This document shows positions 9,378 through 18,800 of a DNA stretch of 64,000 nucleotides, piece after piece. Source of the stretch: Dehalococcoidia bacterium (GTDB taxonomy: Bacteria; Chloroflexota; Dehalococcoidia; GIF9; UBA5629); NCBI GenBank assembly GCA_034429715.1, contig DAOUFR010000112.1, positions 3,242 through 67,241 on the forward strand. The letters are read 5' to 3'. Under the pieces are notes generated by a model. That model did no database searches. It had not been told where the DNA came from and saw only the letters and a program-made list of their open reading frames with translations. The translations under genes and the position numbers were made by a program. The stretch's first letter is position 1. Each line of letters starts with the position of its first letter.

Positions 9378-9974
9378 TTGCTGATGGCTGCTAAGTCTTC
9401 CCTCGACAATAAACCGCTGGAAATCAGGTGGCACGGACGCGGCGGCCAGGGTGCGATCACAGCCGCCAAGATAATTGCTGAGGCAGCGTATGCCAAAGGA
9501 TTCAAAGGAATAACTGCAGCGCCCTCCTTCGGGGCCGAGAGACGCGGCGCACCGGTCAGCGCTTCAACCCGGATATCCACCGAGCCTGTTCTGGTAGTAT
9601 CGCAGGTCGAATATCCACACATTGTAGTTGTACTCGATCATACACTGCTCAAATATCCCGATGTGACCCAGGGCCTGGGCAAAAACGGCTGGCTGATAGT
9701 AAATTCCCCGCTTTCGCCCAGGGAACTTGGTATAAAGGGGGAGTTCAATATAGCGACTGCCGATGCCACCAAAGTGTGCCAGGACCTCGAACTGATTGTG
9801 GCAGGGCTGGTCATAGTTAATACAGCCATACTGGGAGCGCTGGTAAAGGCAACTAAAATAGTGGATATACCGACCCTGGAAAAAGTTGTGCGCGAGCGTT
9901 TTTCGCGCAATACTGTGGATATCAACCTGGCCGCAATAAACAGGACTTACGAGATAACAAGGGTGGGCAAATAA
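9378..9974 (+). CDS. porG: 2-oxoacid (pyruvate-type):ferredoxin oxidoreductase, gamma subunit.
   Basis: EIRWHGRGGQGAITAAKIIAEAA is the POR gamma signature. The gene is followed by delta, alpha and beta subunits. Confidence 0.85.
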   Translation: MLMAAKSSLDNKPLEIRWHGRGGQGAITAAKIIAEAAYAKGFKGITAAPSFGAERRGAPVSASTRISTEPVLVVSQVEYPHIVVVLDHTLLKYPDVTQGLGKNGWLIVNSPLSPRELGIKGEFNIATADATKVCQDLELIVAGLVIVNTAILGALVKATKIVDIPTLEKVVRERFSRNTVDINLAAINRTYEITRVGK

Positions 9975-9985
9975 GGTTTAATATC

Positions 9986-10282
9986 ATGGGTACCAGAGAT
10001 TGCAACCACATCTGCGATGAGTCGTCGCCCGGCATCGGCGAGGCTGGCAGGACCGGTGAATGGCGCACGCACCTTCCGGTCATAGACGACAAGAGATGTA
10101 CTGCTTCAAAATTAAACAAGCCGACCTGCTTTCTCTGCTGGCTCTATTGCCCCGAGGCCGTCATGACCCGGTCGATACCGCCTTCGATAGACCTCGAATA
10201 CTGTAAGGGATGCGGTATCTGCGCGCAGGTCTGCCCGGTGCAGGCCATAACAATGATTCCAGAAGAGAAAAAACTGGGCTGA
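9986..10282 (+). CDS. porD: 2-oxoacid:ferredoxin oxidoreductase, delta subunit (2[4Fe-4S] ferredoxin).
   Basis: 98 aa with two Cys clusters, CTASKLNKPTCFLCWLYCP and CKGCGICAQVCP. Confidence 0.8.
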   Translation: MGTRDCNHICDESSPGIGEAGRTGEWRTHLPVIDDKRCTASKLNKPTCFLCWLYCPEAVMTRSIPPSIDLEYCKGCGICAQVCPVQAITMIPEEKKLG

Positions 10283-10286
10283 CATT

Positions 10287-11507
10287 ATGGCAGTACAGAG
10301 AAAATCAAATATACATATCCTTGACGGAAACCAGGCGGCGGCTATAGCGGCCAAGCTGAGCCGTGTGCAGGTCGTGGCCGCTTACCCCATCACTCCACAG
10401 ACACCGCTCACCGAGAAGCTCTCGCACTTCGTGGAGGACGGCCAGCTCAAGGCCGAGTACGTGGCAGTGGAAAGCGAGCACAGCGCCATGGCGGTTTGCA
10501 CCTCCGCCTCTATCGTAGGCGCCCGGGCTTTCACAGCCACCAGCTCACACGGGCTGGCATATATGCACGAGATGCTGCACTGGGCTGCCGGAGCGCGTCT
10601 GCCCATTGTCATGGCATGCGTGAACCGCGCCATCGGTGCGCCCTGGAATGTTCTCAACGACCAGCAGGACTCGATCTCGCAGCGCGATACCGGCTGGATC
10701 CAGATATATTGCCGCAATAACCAGGACATCCTGGACACGGTTATACAGGCTTATCGCATAGCAGAGAGCGTTTACGTGCCCGTCATGGTCTGCTACGACG
10801 GCTATATCCTGTCCCATACCGAGATGCCGGTCGACATACCCGAGCAGGTGGATGTCGACCGATACCTGCCGCCCTATAAGCCTCATACAACGCTCGATCC
10901 GGAAAATCCCAAGAACTACAACCTGGTTACCCTGGCCAATCCCCGTGTGGGCGTGGACGGCAAGCTCTACCACGGATATATGGAGCTCAGGTACCTTCTG
11001 CAGGAAGCTCTGCAGAACTCCAGGGAGACGATTTTACAGGCGGGAAAGGAATTCAACGGTATATTCGGGCGCGATTACGCCAATATGTTCTGGGAAGACC
11101 GCAACGAGGATGCGGAGATCACCATCGTCGCCATGGGAAGCCTGGCCTCTGAAGCGATTGTAGCGGCGGACATACTGAGAGAGGAAGGTATCAAAGTGGG
11201 CGTGCTGGGACTGCGTGTTTTCCGCCCCTTCCCCAAGCAGGACGTAGTACAGGCCCTGCGCAAGTCCCGCTTGATCGTGGTTTTCGATAAAAACATCAGC
11301 TACGGCTCGGAGGGCGCAACCTGTTCCGAGATCAAATCGGCGCTATACGGCACATATATCAACGCAGCCATCAGGAACTTCATCGTCGGGCTGGGCGGAC
11401 GCGATGTAAAAGCCCGTGAGCTTGCTGAAGCGACAAAGAAAGCAATATCATCACTAAAAGAGACGGTCACCAACCCTGATTACCCCGAATGGATCTGCCA
11501 TATTTAA
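10287..11507 (+). CDS. porA: 2-oxoacid:ferredoxin oxidoreductase, alpha subunit.
   Basis: 406 aa. The N-terminal GNQAAAIAAKLSRVQVVAAYPITPQT motif and overall domain layout are those of PorA/VorA. Confidence 0.9.
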   Translation: MAVQRKSNIHILDGNQAAAIAAKLSRVQVVAAYPITPQTPLTEKLSHFVEDGQLKAEYVAVESEHSAMAVCTSASIVGARAFTATSSHGLAYMHEMLHWAAGARLPIVMACVNRAIGAPWNVLNDQQDSISQRDTGWIQIYCRNNQDILDTVIQAYRIAESVYVPVMVCYDGYILSHTEMPVDIPEQVDVDRYLPPYKPHTTLDPENPKNYNLVTLANPRVGVDGKLYHGYMELRYLLQEALQNSRETILQAGKEFNGIFGRDYANMFWEDRNEDAEITIVAMGSLASEAIVAADILREEGIKVGVLGLRVFRPFPKQDVVQALRKSRLIVVFDKNISYGSEGATCSEIKSALYGTYINAAIRNFIVGLGGRDVKARELAEATKKAISSLKETVTNPDYPEWICHI

Positions 11508-11519
11508 GGAAGAATCAAA

Positions 11520-12425
11520 TTGAAAGCGAACGCCGTTAATCTGATCGAGAAAGAATGGATCTTGCCGGGCAACCGCACCTGCCCCGGGTGCGCCCTTTCA
11601 CTGGCATACAGACACACTCTGAAGGCGCTCGAGGGACAATGTATCGTCACGGTACCTGCCAGCTGCGCAACTGTGCTTCACGGTATGTATCCCATAACCG
11701 CTGTGAACGTACCGTGCGTCAATACGCCCTTCGCTTCCACCGGCGCTTCAGCTACCGGACTGGTGGCCGGGCTCAAGGCGCTGGGTAAGAAAGGAATAAC
11801 CGTACTGGCATTCGCCGGAGACGGAGGCACACATGATATCGGCATACAGTCGCTGAGCGGCGCGGCTGAGCGCCAATATGATTTCATGTATATTTGCTAT
11901 GACAACGAAGGCTATATGAACACGGGCAACCAGCGTTCGGGTTCCACGCCGCTGGGCGCCGTATCCGGGACCACGCCGATCCTGGGCAAACAGCAATATC
12001 AGAAAGACATGACGGCCATCATGGAGGCGCACGGCCTCCCCTACGTGGCAACATGTTCAGCCTCTTACCCGCTGGACCTTTATGAGAAAGTGAAAAAAGC
12101 TAAAACCATCGAAGGGACCAGGTTCATTCATATTCACACGCCCTGCCCGCCCGGATGGCTCTTCCCCTTCAGCGACACCATTAAATTCGGCGAGATGGCG
12201 GTGGAGACCGGCCTGGTCGTGCTCTACGAGATCGAGGACAACATCTTCAGGCTGACCTCAGCCAGTGAATCTCTGGCCCGCAAAGGAGGCAACCTGCAGC
12301 CGGTACGAGAGTACTTCAAATCTCAGGGCAGGTTCAAGACCATAACTGAGGAACAGATCGACGAGCTCCAGCAGTGGGTCAATGCCCGCTGGAAACAGTG
12401 CCTTAACAGGGCCACCAACCTTTAA
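11520..12425 (+). CDS. porB: 2-oxoacid:ferredoxin oxidoreductase, beta subunit (TPP-binding).
   Basis: TTG start. Has CPGC near the N-terminus and the GDGG TPP-binding motif (AFAGDGGTHDIG). Confidence 0.9.
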   Translation: MKANAVNLIEKEWILPGNRTCPGCALSLAYRHTLKALEGQCIVTVPASCATVLHGMYPITAVNVPCVNTPFASTGASATGLVAGLKALGKKGITVLAFAGDGGTHDIGIQSLSGAAERQYDFMYICYDNEGYMNTGNQRSGSTPLGAVSGTTPILGKQQYQKDMTAIMEAHGLPYVATCSASYPLDLYEKVKKAKTIEGTRFIHIHTPCPPGWLFPFSDTIKFGEMAVETGLVVLYEIEDNIFRLTSASESLARKGGNLQPVREYFKSQGRFKTITEEQIDELQQWVNARWKQCLNRATNL

Positions 12426-12531
12426 CCTCAACCGGCGCCGATTATTCAGCATAATCGCCCGGCTACCAATCCATTTAAATCACTGCTTGACAATCACCAC
12501 GCCATCTTGATAGACTGCATACAAATATCCC

Positions 12532-12551
12532 GCACACAAATTGTTTTGTGC
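12532..12551. promoter_or_regulatory. Imperfect 20-nt palindrome, GCACACAAATTGTTTTGTGC, immediately upstream of the first Fe-S paralog gene.
   Basis: Inverted repeat GCACA(C)AAA / TTTTGTGC, 24 nt before the start codon at 12575. It could be an operator or an RNA hairpin. Confidence 0.3.
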
Positions 12552-12574
12552 AAAAGTATATTAAGAGGTGAGAG

Positions 12575-13627
12575 ATGGCTGACCCGGCTTATGAGAAACT
12601 GGCAGGCGCCCTCAATGCTCGTTCCATGGTTTTCCCTGCTGTCAAATGCGATGAGTTCTATGACCTTGTGGAGTTCCTCTTTACTCCGGAAGAAGCTGCT
12701 ATCGTAGTGGCCATGCCGCTTGAGTTGAGCAGAGTTGAAGAGATAGCTGCCAACCTGCCCGCCAAAGACCTGAAGAAGCTGGAGGGGCAGCTTGAGGTCA
12801 TGGCTGACAAGGGCTTGATACATATCCGCGAGAGGGACGGCGTAAAGCTGTACGAGGCCCTTCCCTTTGTGCCCGGCATCACCGAATTCCAACTCATGAA
12901 AGGAATAGTCGATGAGAGGCACAAGAAGATCGCTACATTGTTGAAAAACTATTCGAAAGCAATGATCAGGACCATGCTGTCGGCCGATGCTCCTCCCCTC
13001 GAATCCTCGGCGCCCGGACGCAAGATACCGGTGGACCGCTCTATCGATGATAAGAGCACAATCGTGCCACTGCATGAGTTGAGAGAGCTGCTGCTGAAGA
13101 CGGAGTACATCTCTGTGGGAACATGCATCTGCAGACACCAGGGCGCGCTATTGGGCAGGCCGTCCGCCAAACCCGTCAACAACTGCATGGTACTGGGCGA
13201 GTCCGCAAAATTTGCCGCGGAAAGGGGATTTACAACACGTCTCACCAGGGAAGAGGCCATAAAGCGTATCGAAGAAGCGGAGGAAGCGGGGCTTATTCAT
13301 TCATTCGCCAACAGCCCGGACAGGTTCACTAATCTACTGTGCAACTGCTATAAGGATCTGTGCTTAATCATACGCATGACCAGCAAGTCCCCAGCACCCA
13401 GCACAGCCGTGAATGCGAGGTACCTGGTCAGGATAGATGAAGGCAATTGCACCGGTTGCGAGGCCTGCATACCCAGGTGCCAGATGGACGCTCTCAAGAT
13501 GGTTGACGGCAGATTATTACGGGATGAGATACGCTGCATCGGCTGCGGCCTGTGTATGTGGGTCTGCCCCACCGATGCGCTCGTGCTTGAACCCAGGCCG
13601 GCCAGCAAAATCCCCCTGCGTGGTTGA
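12575..13627 (+). CDS. Cysteine-rich Fe-S protein, paralog 1. It has an N-terminal domain, a CxCRHQ motif, a degenerate CNC..C motif, and a C-terminal 2x[4Fe-4S] ferredoxin.
   Basis: C-terminal CTGCEACIPRC...CIGCGLCMWVCP is a bacterial-ferredoxin dicluster motif. The central TCICRHQG is shared with the paralogs. Where paralogs 2 and 3 have CNCC.CHC, this copy has CNCYKDLC. Confidence 0.7.
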   Translation: MADPAYEKLAGALNARSMVFPAVKCDEFYDLVEFLFTPEEAAIVVAMPLELSRVEEIAANLPAKDLKKLEGQLEVMADKGLIHIRERDGVKLYEALPFVPGITEFQLMKGIVDERHKKIATLLKNYSKAMIRTMLSADAPPLESSAPGRKIPVDRSIDDKSTIVPLHELRELLLKTEYISVGTCICRHQGALLGRPSAKPVNNCMVLGESAKFAAERGFTTRLTREEAIKRIEEAEEAGLIHSFANSPDRFTNLLCNCYKDLCLIIRMTSKSPAPSTAVNARYLVRIDEGNCTGCEACIPRCQMDALKMVDGRLLRDEIRCIGCGLCMWVCPTDALVLEPRPASKIPLRG

Positions 13628-13654
13628 CCATATTAATAATTACGGAGGTTTGTT

Positions 13655-14710
13655 ATGGCTGACGCTATTTACGACAAACTTGCTGCCGCCTTAAATGCGC
13701 GCGGGACGACCGTTCCCTCGGTTATCTGTAAGGAATACTACGACCTGGTCGAGTTCCTCTTTACGCCGGAGGAGGCCGCAATCGCCTGCGCCATGCCCAT
13801 AGCGTATGCGACCGCTGAAGAGATCGCCGCCAATCTCGGGACCGGGGACGTGAAGAAAGTAGCTTCCCGGCTCGAGGTCATGGGCGATAAAGGTCTCATT
13901 CATATCAAGGAAAGCGGCGGTAAAAAGCTTTACGAGGGATTGCCCTTCGTACCCGGCCTGTTTGAATTTCAACTTATGAAAGGGATTGTTGACGATCGCA
14001 GCAAGAAATGGGCCGTCCTGCTAAACGATTATTCTAAAGCAGTAAAGCGTGAATTCATGTCCGGCAAGCCCATAAAAATCGAAAGGTCTGCTCCCGGCAA
14101 AACAGTTGCGGTAGGAAAAGAAGTCAGGCAGCTTGCCTGCGTAATACCTTACAAAGAGATGAGACAGCTGATCATGGATACCGAGCATATAGCTGCCGGC
14201 ACCTGCGTTTGCAGACATCAGGGCAACCTGCTGGGCAAAACGAGCTCCGAACCCATGGGCAACTGCATGGTCTTCGGCGAATCGGCGCTATTCTCAGTCG
14301 AACGCGGCTTCACCCGGAAGCTGTCCAAAGAGGAAGCGCTGAAGCTGCTGGATCAAGCCGAGGAAGCCGGCCTGGTGCACAATTACGTCAACAATCCGGG
14401 CCAGTTCACCAATCTGTTGTGCAACTGCTGCGGATGCCACTGCTTTATCCTCAGGGGCGCCAAGAACGCACCTGCCCCCAGCCAGATGGTGAATCCACGA
14501 TATCTGGTGTATATTAACGAGAAAGATTGCACGGCCTGCGAGGCCTGCATCGATCGATGCTGGATGAAAGCTCTGTCGATAAAGGATGGCAAGCTGGTGC
14601 GCGACGAAATGCGCTGCATAGGCTGCGGTATCTGTATGTGGGCATGTCCGACAGACGCGCTATATCTTGAACCGAGGGAAGCGGGCAAGGTGCCGCTCAA
14701 GAAATGCTAA
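13655..14710 (+). CDS. Cysteine-rich Fe-S protein, paralog 2, with an intact CNCCGCHC motif and a 2x[4Fe-4S] ferredoxin.
   Basis: Alignable along its full length with paralog 1. Has CTACEACIDRC...CIGCGICMWACP. Confidence 0.7.
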   Translation: MADAIYDKLAAALNARGTTVPSVICKEYYDLVEFLFTPEEAAIACAMPIAYATAEEIAANLGTGDVKKVASRLEVMGDKGLIHIKESGGKKLYEGLPFVPGLFEFQLMKGIVDDRSKKWAVLLNDYSKAVKREFMSGKPIKIERSAPGKTVAVGKEVRQLACVIPYKEMRQLIMDTEHIAAGTCVCRHQGNLLGKTSSEPMGNCMVFGESALFSVERGFTRKLSKEEALKLLDQAEEAGLVHNYVNNPGQFTNLLCNCCGCHCFILRGAKNAPAPSQMVNPRYLVYINEKDCTACEACIDRCWMKALSIKDGKLVRDEMRCIGCGICMWACPTDALYLEPREAGKVPLKKC

Positions 14711-14740
14711 ATAAAAACCAACGAGTTTATGGAGGTTACA

Positions 14741-15796
14741 ATGGTTGAGGCCGTATATGAAAAATTGATACCCGCACTCAATTCACGCAGCACCTTCCTG
14801 GTACCCTGTATCAAATGTGATGAGTTCTTTGCGCTTGCGGCTTACATGTACAGCCCTATCGAGGCCGAGATCGCCTGCGCCATGCCCCACGATTTCGCTA
14901 CAGCCCGAAAGATTTCAGCCAGTATCCCGGGCAGCCACCCTGAGAAGATTGCCGAACACCTTGAGACCATGGCGAATAAGGCGCTGATACATTCAAGAAA
15001 AGAAAACGGCGAAACGCTCTACGAGCTCCTTCCGCTGTTCCCCGGCGCCATGGAGCTTCAATTCTGGCGCGATGACAAAGAGTATCTGAGCAAGCTGGAC
15101 ATCCTGCTCAGCCAATACCTGGTAGCGATGTGGGGCCTGCGGAAAGCCGGCGCCCCGATCGTAACCGAAACGCCATCCTCCCCCAGAAAAGTAGCCGTAG
15201 AACAGGAGATCATGAGCCGCTCCACGATTATCCCCTATGCAGAGATGAAAGAACTGATCAAGCAAAGCGAGTATATCGGCGTGGCGCTCTGCCACTGCCG
15301 GCAGCTGGGCGAACAATGGGGCAAGCCGTGCTCCAGGCCAATGGACAACTGCATGATCTTGGGCTCTTCAGCTAAATTCACTATCGAAAAGGGATTGACC
15401 AAAAGACTGAATGTCGAGCAGGCGCTTCAGGTGCTGGAAGAAGCGGAAAAGGCCTGCCTGGTACATCAATACGCCGATACGCCCGACCACTTTTCCAATA
15501 TTCTATGCAATTGTTGTTCATGCCATTGCATAGCTCTTAAGGGCTATAAAAAGTCCCCGGTTCCCAGCCAGGCTGTCATCGCACGTTACCTGATCAGGAT
15601 CGACGATGAAGCCTGCACCACTTGCGAGGCCTGTCTGGAACGCTGCCAGATGGACGCATTGAAAATGGAGGGGGGCAAGCTCACGAGGGACGAAACACGC
15701 TGCATAGGCTGCGGTCTTTGCATGTATATATGTCCTGTTGAAGCACTGTCCCTGGAGAAGAGGCCTGCCGGTAAAATACCTCTGAGAACCCGTTGA
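14741..15796 (+). CDS. Cysteine-rich Fe-S protein, paralog 3, the most divergent copy, with CNCCSCHC and a 2x[4Fe-4S] ferredoxin.
   Basis: Start chosen at the second ATG, 14741, because GGAGG sits 5 nt upstream and this aligns with the MAD..Y.KL N-termini of paralogs 1 and 2. The listed ORF begins at 14729. Confidence 0.65.
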   Translation: MVEAVYEKLIPALNSRSTFLVPCIKCDEFFALAAYMYSPIEAEIACAMPHDFATARKISASIPGSHPEKIAEHLETMANKALIHSRKENGETLYELLPLFPGAMELQFWRDDKEYLSKLDILLSQYLVAMWGLRKAGAPIVTETPSSPRKVAVEQEIMSRSTIIPYAEMKELIKQSEYIGVALCHCRQLGEQWGKPCSRPMDNCMILGSSAKFTIEKGLTKRLNVEQALQVLEEAEKACLVHQYADTPDHFSNILCNCCSCHCIALKGYKKSPVPSQAVIARYLIRIDDEACTTCEACLERCQMDALKMEGGKLTRDETRCIGCGLCMYICPVEALSLEKRPAGKIPLRTR

Positions 15797-15805
15797 GGCG
15801 GGGAT

Positions 15806-16435
15806 TTAATCGTTCTCTTTATCCCTTTTGGCGGCCCGGTCACGCGCCCAACGATGTATCTCATCCAGCGCCGGCGGCGCCACCATGAATACCTCGATAT
15901 CCTGGGGGAACTGGACTAAATGCCCCTCTCGAATAAAAAGCAGGGCGACATCGCCGGGCTTTAAAGTCTCATCGATGGTTTTGCCGATAAACTGGTAGCG
16001 TTTCCTCGAGGCATCAGAGTACGCTTCGTAGACCTGTTTGGCCACTTTTTCACTGATCAGTCCGACCATCAGGCAGCGCTCCCAGTCCATGACCTCCCCG
16101 AGCAGCTCACTGGTCTCAATACACTTTAAGGATGCAGACTCCGCGCAGCGTTTATTCACCATTTCATGGCTTTTGGGATGCAGTTCCTTCAGTATCTCCA
16201 AACCGCCTTCCCCTTCCTTATCAACCGTCTCATGATAGATTAAAGTCACACGACCCAATTTACCTTCGAGCTTGACTATTAATTCATTAACCTGCTGCCA
16301 GTATTTTTCATAGAGCTCGACATATTCCACAGGCGAGTTTTTACCGGCATATACCAGGGGTACCTGCATTATCTTTCTGCTGCCTTTGAAGCTGTCGACT
16401 TCAGGTTTCTCCACTTTGCCCAGTTCCTGTGACAT
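15806..16435 (-). CDS. Hypothetical protein.
   Basis: 209-aa ORF convergent with the paralog cluster. No recognisable domain. Confidence 0.45.
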   Translation of the reverse strand: MSQELGKVEKPEVDSFKGSRKIMQVPLVYAGKNSPVEYVELYEKYWQQVNELIVKLEGKLGRVTLIYHETVDKEGEGGLEILKELHPKSHEMVNKRCAESASLKCIETSELLGEVMDWERCLMVGLISEKVAKQVYEAYSDASRKRYQFIGKTIDETLKPGDVALLFIREGHLVQFPQDIEVFMVAPPALDEIHRWARDRAAKRDKEND

Positions 16436-16604
16436 GATTACTCTCCTCTCTCTACCGGCTGCTGTATCATCTCCATATGTCTAACTGCCTGATCACCGAT
16501 ACAACCTTACCTCTATCAATAGTACTAAAATTATACTACAATGTAAGACGCCTTTTGAGGGACCTGGCTTTCATGATTCTATAATCGGGCACTGGAGGAA
16601 CCAT

Positions 16605-17813
16605 ATGGATTTCGACCTTGGTGGAAAGACGGATCAGCTGCGCAGGGAGATACGCCAATTTGCCCTTGCCGAGGTTGTGGGAAAACCTTACCACACCGCC
16701 ATGCTGGAAGAGGAGAGCGCGGACGAGGACTGGGAATTTTCGCTCTCGATATCCAGAAAGCTCGCACAAAAGAAATGGCTCTGTATGAACTGGCCTGAGC
16801 AATACGGGGGTATGGGCGCATCATACTGGGAACAATTTGTATACTCCGAGGAGGCCGGCTATTATGAGATTCCCGGCACCAGCATGGGCATATCCGGCAC
16901 GGGCATCAACGGCCCCAGCCTGATGTTATTCGGCAGCGAGGAGCAGAAACAGAAATACCTTCCCCTGATTGCCTCAGGTGATCCCGACGGGATATGGTGC
17001 ACCGCTTACAGCGAACCCGATTCGGGCTCCGACTACAATAAGATCAAGACTATCGCCGTCAGATCGGGAGACGACTATATTATAAACGGACAGAAAGTGT
17101 GGACGAGCTGCGCCCACCGCGCGCGCTGGTGCTGGCTGGCATGCAAGACCGACCCAACGTCGAACAAGATCCACAAAAGCATGAGCATCATCATCGTGGA
17201 TATGAAAAGCCCCGGCATTACTACCAGACCTCTCATCAATCTTTCGGGTATTCACAGTTTCAACGAGGTCTATTTCGATAACGTACGGGTGCCTGCGTCG
17301 AACCTGGTCGGCGAGGAGAATAAAGGATTCTACATGCTGATCCCCGCGCTGGCAATCGAGCGGCTCTCCCTGGCGCCTCATGTGCTGGGCACAGGACGAC
17401 GCATACTTGAATTGCTCGTCCACTATGCCAGGGAAAATAACCATAAAGGGAAACCCATGTCTGACGACCTGGTAGTGCGCCATAAGCTGGCTGAGCGCGC
17501 TGTGGAGCTCGAGACGCTGCGCCTCTTCGGGCTTGAAATAATGTGGAAAATGAGCACAGGTAAGATGCCGGGCTATGAGGCAGCCAGAAACAAGCTGTAC
17601 TGCAATATCGTCACGGACAACATGGCCAGAACCGGGCTGGAGATCGTGGGAGCCAATTCACAGATAAGCCCCGATTCCAGGTGGGCAAAACTGAGAGGCC
17701 GCTGCCAGAATCTTTACCTCGTTAATATGGGGTGGTTCAGCGCCGCCGGTACGATGGAAATACAGAAGAACGTTATCGGCCAGTTTAAGCTCGGCCTGCC
17801 GCGGGCCTATTAA
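16605..17813 (+). CDS. Acyl-CoA dehydrogenase family protein.
   Basis: 402 aa. The WCTAYSEPDSGSD..., GQKVWTS and C-terminal helical domain are typical of acyl-CoA dehydrogenases. Confidence 0.85.
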   Translation: MDFDLGGKTDQLRREIRQFALAEVVGKPYHTAMLEEESADEDWEFSLSISRKLAQKKWLCMNWPEQYGGMGASYWEQFVYSEEAGYYEIPGTSMGISGTGINGPSLMLFGSEEQKQKYLPLIASGDPDGIWCTAYSEPDSGSDYNKIKTIAVRSGDDYIINGQKVWTSCAHRARWCWLACKTDPTSNKIHKSMSIIIVDMKSPGITTRPLINLSGIHSFNEVYFDNVRVPASNLVGEENKGFYMLIPALAIERLSLAPHVLGTGRRILELLVHYARENNHKGKPMSDDLVVRHKLAERAVELETLRLFGLEIMWKMSTGKMPGYEAARNKLYCNIVTDNMARTGLEIVGANSQISPDSRWAKLRGRCQNLYLVNMGWFSAAGTMEIQKNVIGQFKLGLPRAY

Positions 17814-17835
17814 GATAGGTGTAAACCTTTCAAAC

Positions 17836-17872
17836 AAAGGGGCTGTTTCAATTCTGAACCGGCCCCTTTTTC
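17836..17872. terminator. Bidirectional rho-independent terminator between the convergent acyl-CoA dehydrogenase and TPM genes.
   Basis: AAAGGGGC...(loop)...GCCCCTTTTT is a GC stem followed by a T-run on the plus strand. A run of A residues on the other side would serve the minus strand. Confidence 0.5.
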
Positions 17873-17879
17873 ATATCGA

Positions 17880-18800
17880 CTACCACCCGCCGCTGGCGCC
17901 TCCTCCTCCGGACATCCCACCACCACCGCCGCCAAATCCCCCGCCGAAACCGCCTCCCGACCCACCGCCGAAGCCTCCCCAGAAACCACCTCCGGTTTTA
18001 TGCCAGTCTGTGGATTTTCCAGCATCCTTCAGCTTCTGGTAATTGCGCGAAAGCACCCAGTCCGTGCCCAGGCCGAGCCCTGCAAAAATCAGCGGCGCAG
18101 CTATCAATGCCGCAATACCTCCGATCGAAAGCCCCATTATAACGCCTGCTATGGCGCCCCAGATGCCCCCCATCCATACATTCTTGCTGCGCGCCATGAA
18201 ACCCGAAAGGTAAATCGTGATTATCGACAGTATAAAGAAGACGAAGATGAAATCGCCGAGCATCGATTTCACCGGATTTTCCTCAAGCGGAGCAGGCGGA
18301 GTGCCGTCCCTGATATACTTCTCAATTGAGGCAACACCAGCCTTGATTCCACCATCGTAATCATTACTCTTGAACAGCGGCAGCACGTCGTCATCGCGTA
18401 TCCTGCCGGCGCGCCCGTCGGTGATCACCGGTTCGAGTCCATATCCGACCTCGATACGCATCTTGCGATCATCCAGAGCCACCAGAAAAAGCACCCCGTT
18501 GTCTTTATCTTTTTGCCCGATCTTCCATCTCTCGAACAGCCTGCTGGCATAGTCCTCTATACTGTCCCCTTCAAGGCTTTTAACAGTCGCGACGAAGACC
18601 TGCGCCGTGGTATCCTTCTCAAGCTGAGCCAGTTTAGCTTCAAGCTCGGATTTGGACTGGGGCGACAGCAATCCGGCATTATCGTTGACATAGCCGGTAA
18701 GCTCCGGAAAATTCTGCGCCGCCGCCGGCACGTTGAAGGCAGGCAGTATTATGACAGCCAGACAGGCCGTCACTAACAGCAGGATCAGCCTGTGGCGCAC
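17880..18800 (-). CDS. TPM-domain protein (YgcG-like) with a signal peptide, a C-terminal TM segment and a Gly-rich tail.
   Basis: Has the TPM core LTGYVNDNAGLLS...VFVATV...GVLFLVAL.DR.MRIEVGYGLE. The C-terminus is GGFWGGFGGGSGGGFGGGFGGGGGG. Confidence 0.8.
   Translation of the reverse strand: MRHRLILLLVTACLAVIILPAFNVPAAAQNFPELTGYVNDNAGLLSPQSKSELEAKLAQLEKDTTAQVFVATVKSLEGDSIEDYASRLFERWKIGQKDKDNGVLFLVALDDRKMRIEVGYGLEPVITDGRAGRIRDDDVLPLFKSNDYDGGIKAGVASIEKYIRDGTPPAPLEENPVKSMLGDFIFVFFILSIITIYLSGFMARSKNVWMGGIWGAIAGVIMGLSIGGIAALIAAPLIFAGLGLGTDWVLSRNYQKLKDAGKSTDWHKTGGGFWGGFGGGSGGGFGGGFGGGGGGMSGGGGASGGW

Larger units (their letters stand above)
12575..15796 (+). repeat. Tandem triplication of paralogous genes, each about 1.05 kb, encoding cysteine-rich Fe-S proteins.
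   Basis: Three consecutive co-oriented ORFs of 350, 351 and about 351 aa. All share the blocks YDLVEFLFTPEEAAI, LPFVPG..EFQLMKGIVD, GTC(I/V)CRHQG.LLG, NCM(V/I)(L/F)GES, EEAG(L)(I/V)H, FTNLLCNC and RCIGCG(L/I)CM..CP. Confidence 0.8.

Noticed and set aside
12494-13138. 214-aa minus-strand ORF overlapping Fe-S paralog 1. The same applies to other long antisense ORFs, including 697..1218, 10545..10973, 16974..17483, 20779..21321, 60639..61004 and 62543..63085.
   Set aside because: These lie entirely antisense to well-supported genes with recognisable domains and have no motifs of their own. They are typical high-GC antisense open frames.
16540-16575. AATTATAC half-site upstream of the acyl-CoA dehydrogenase gene, resembling the left half of the shared palindrome.
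   Set aside because: Only the left half-site matches and the right half is absent. It is probably AT-rich promoter background.
16536-16824. Two overlapping small minus-strand ORFs (88 and 81 aa) across the acyl-CoA dehydrogenase start region.
   Set aside because: They overlap each other and the dehydrogenase 5' end, and have no RBS or domain support.
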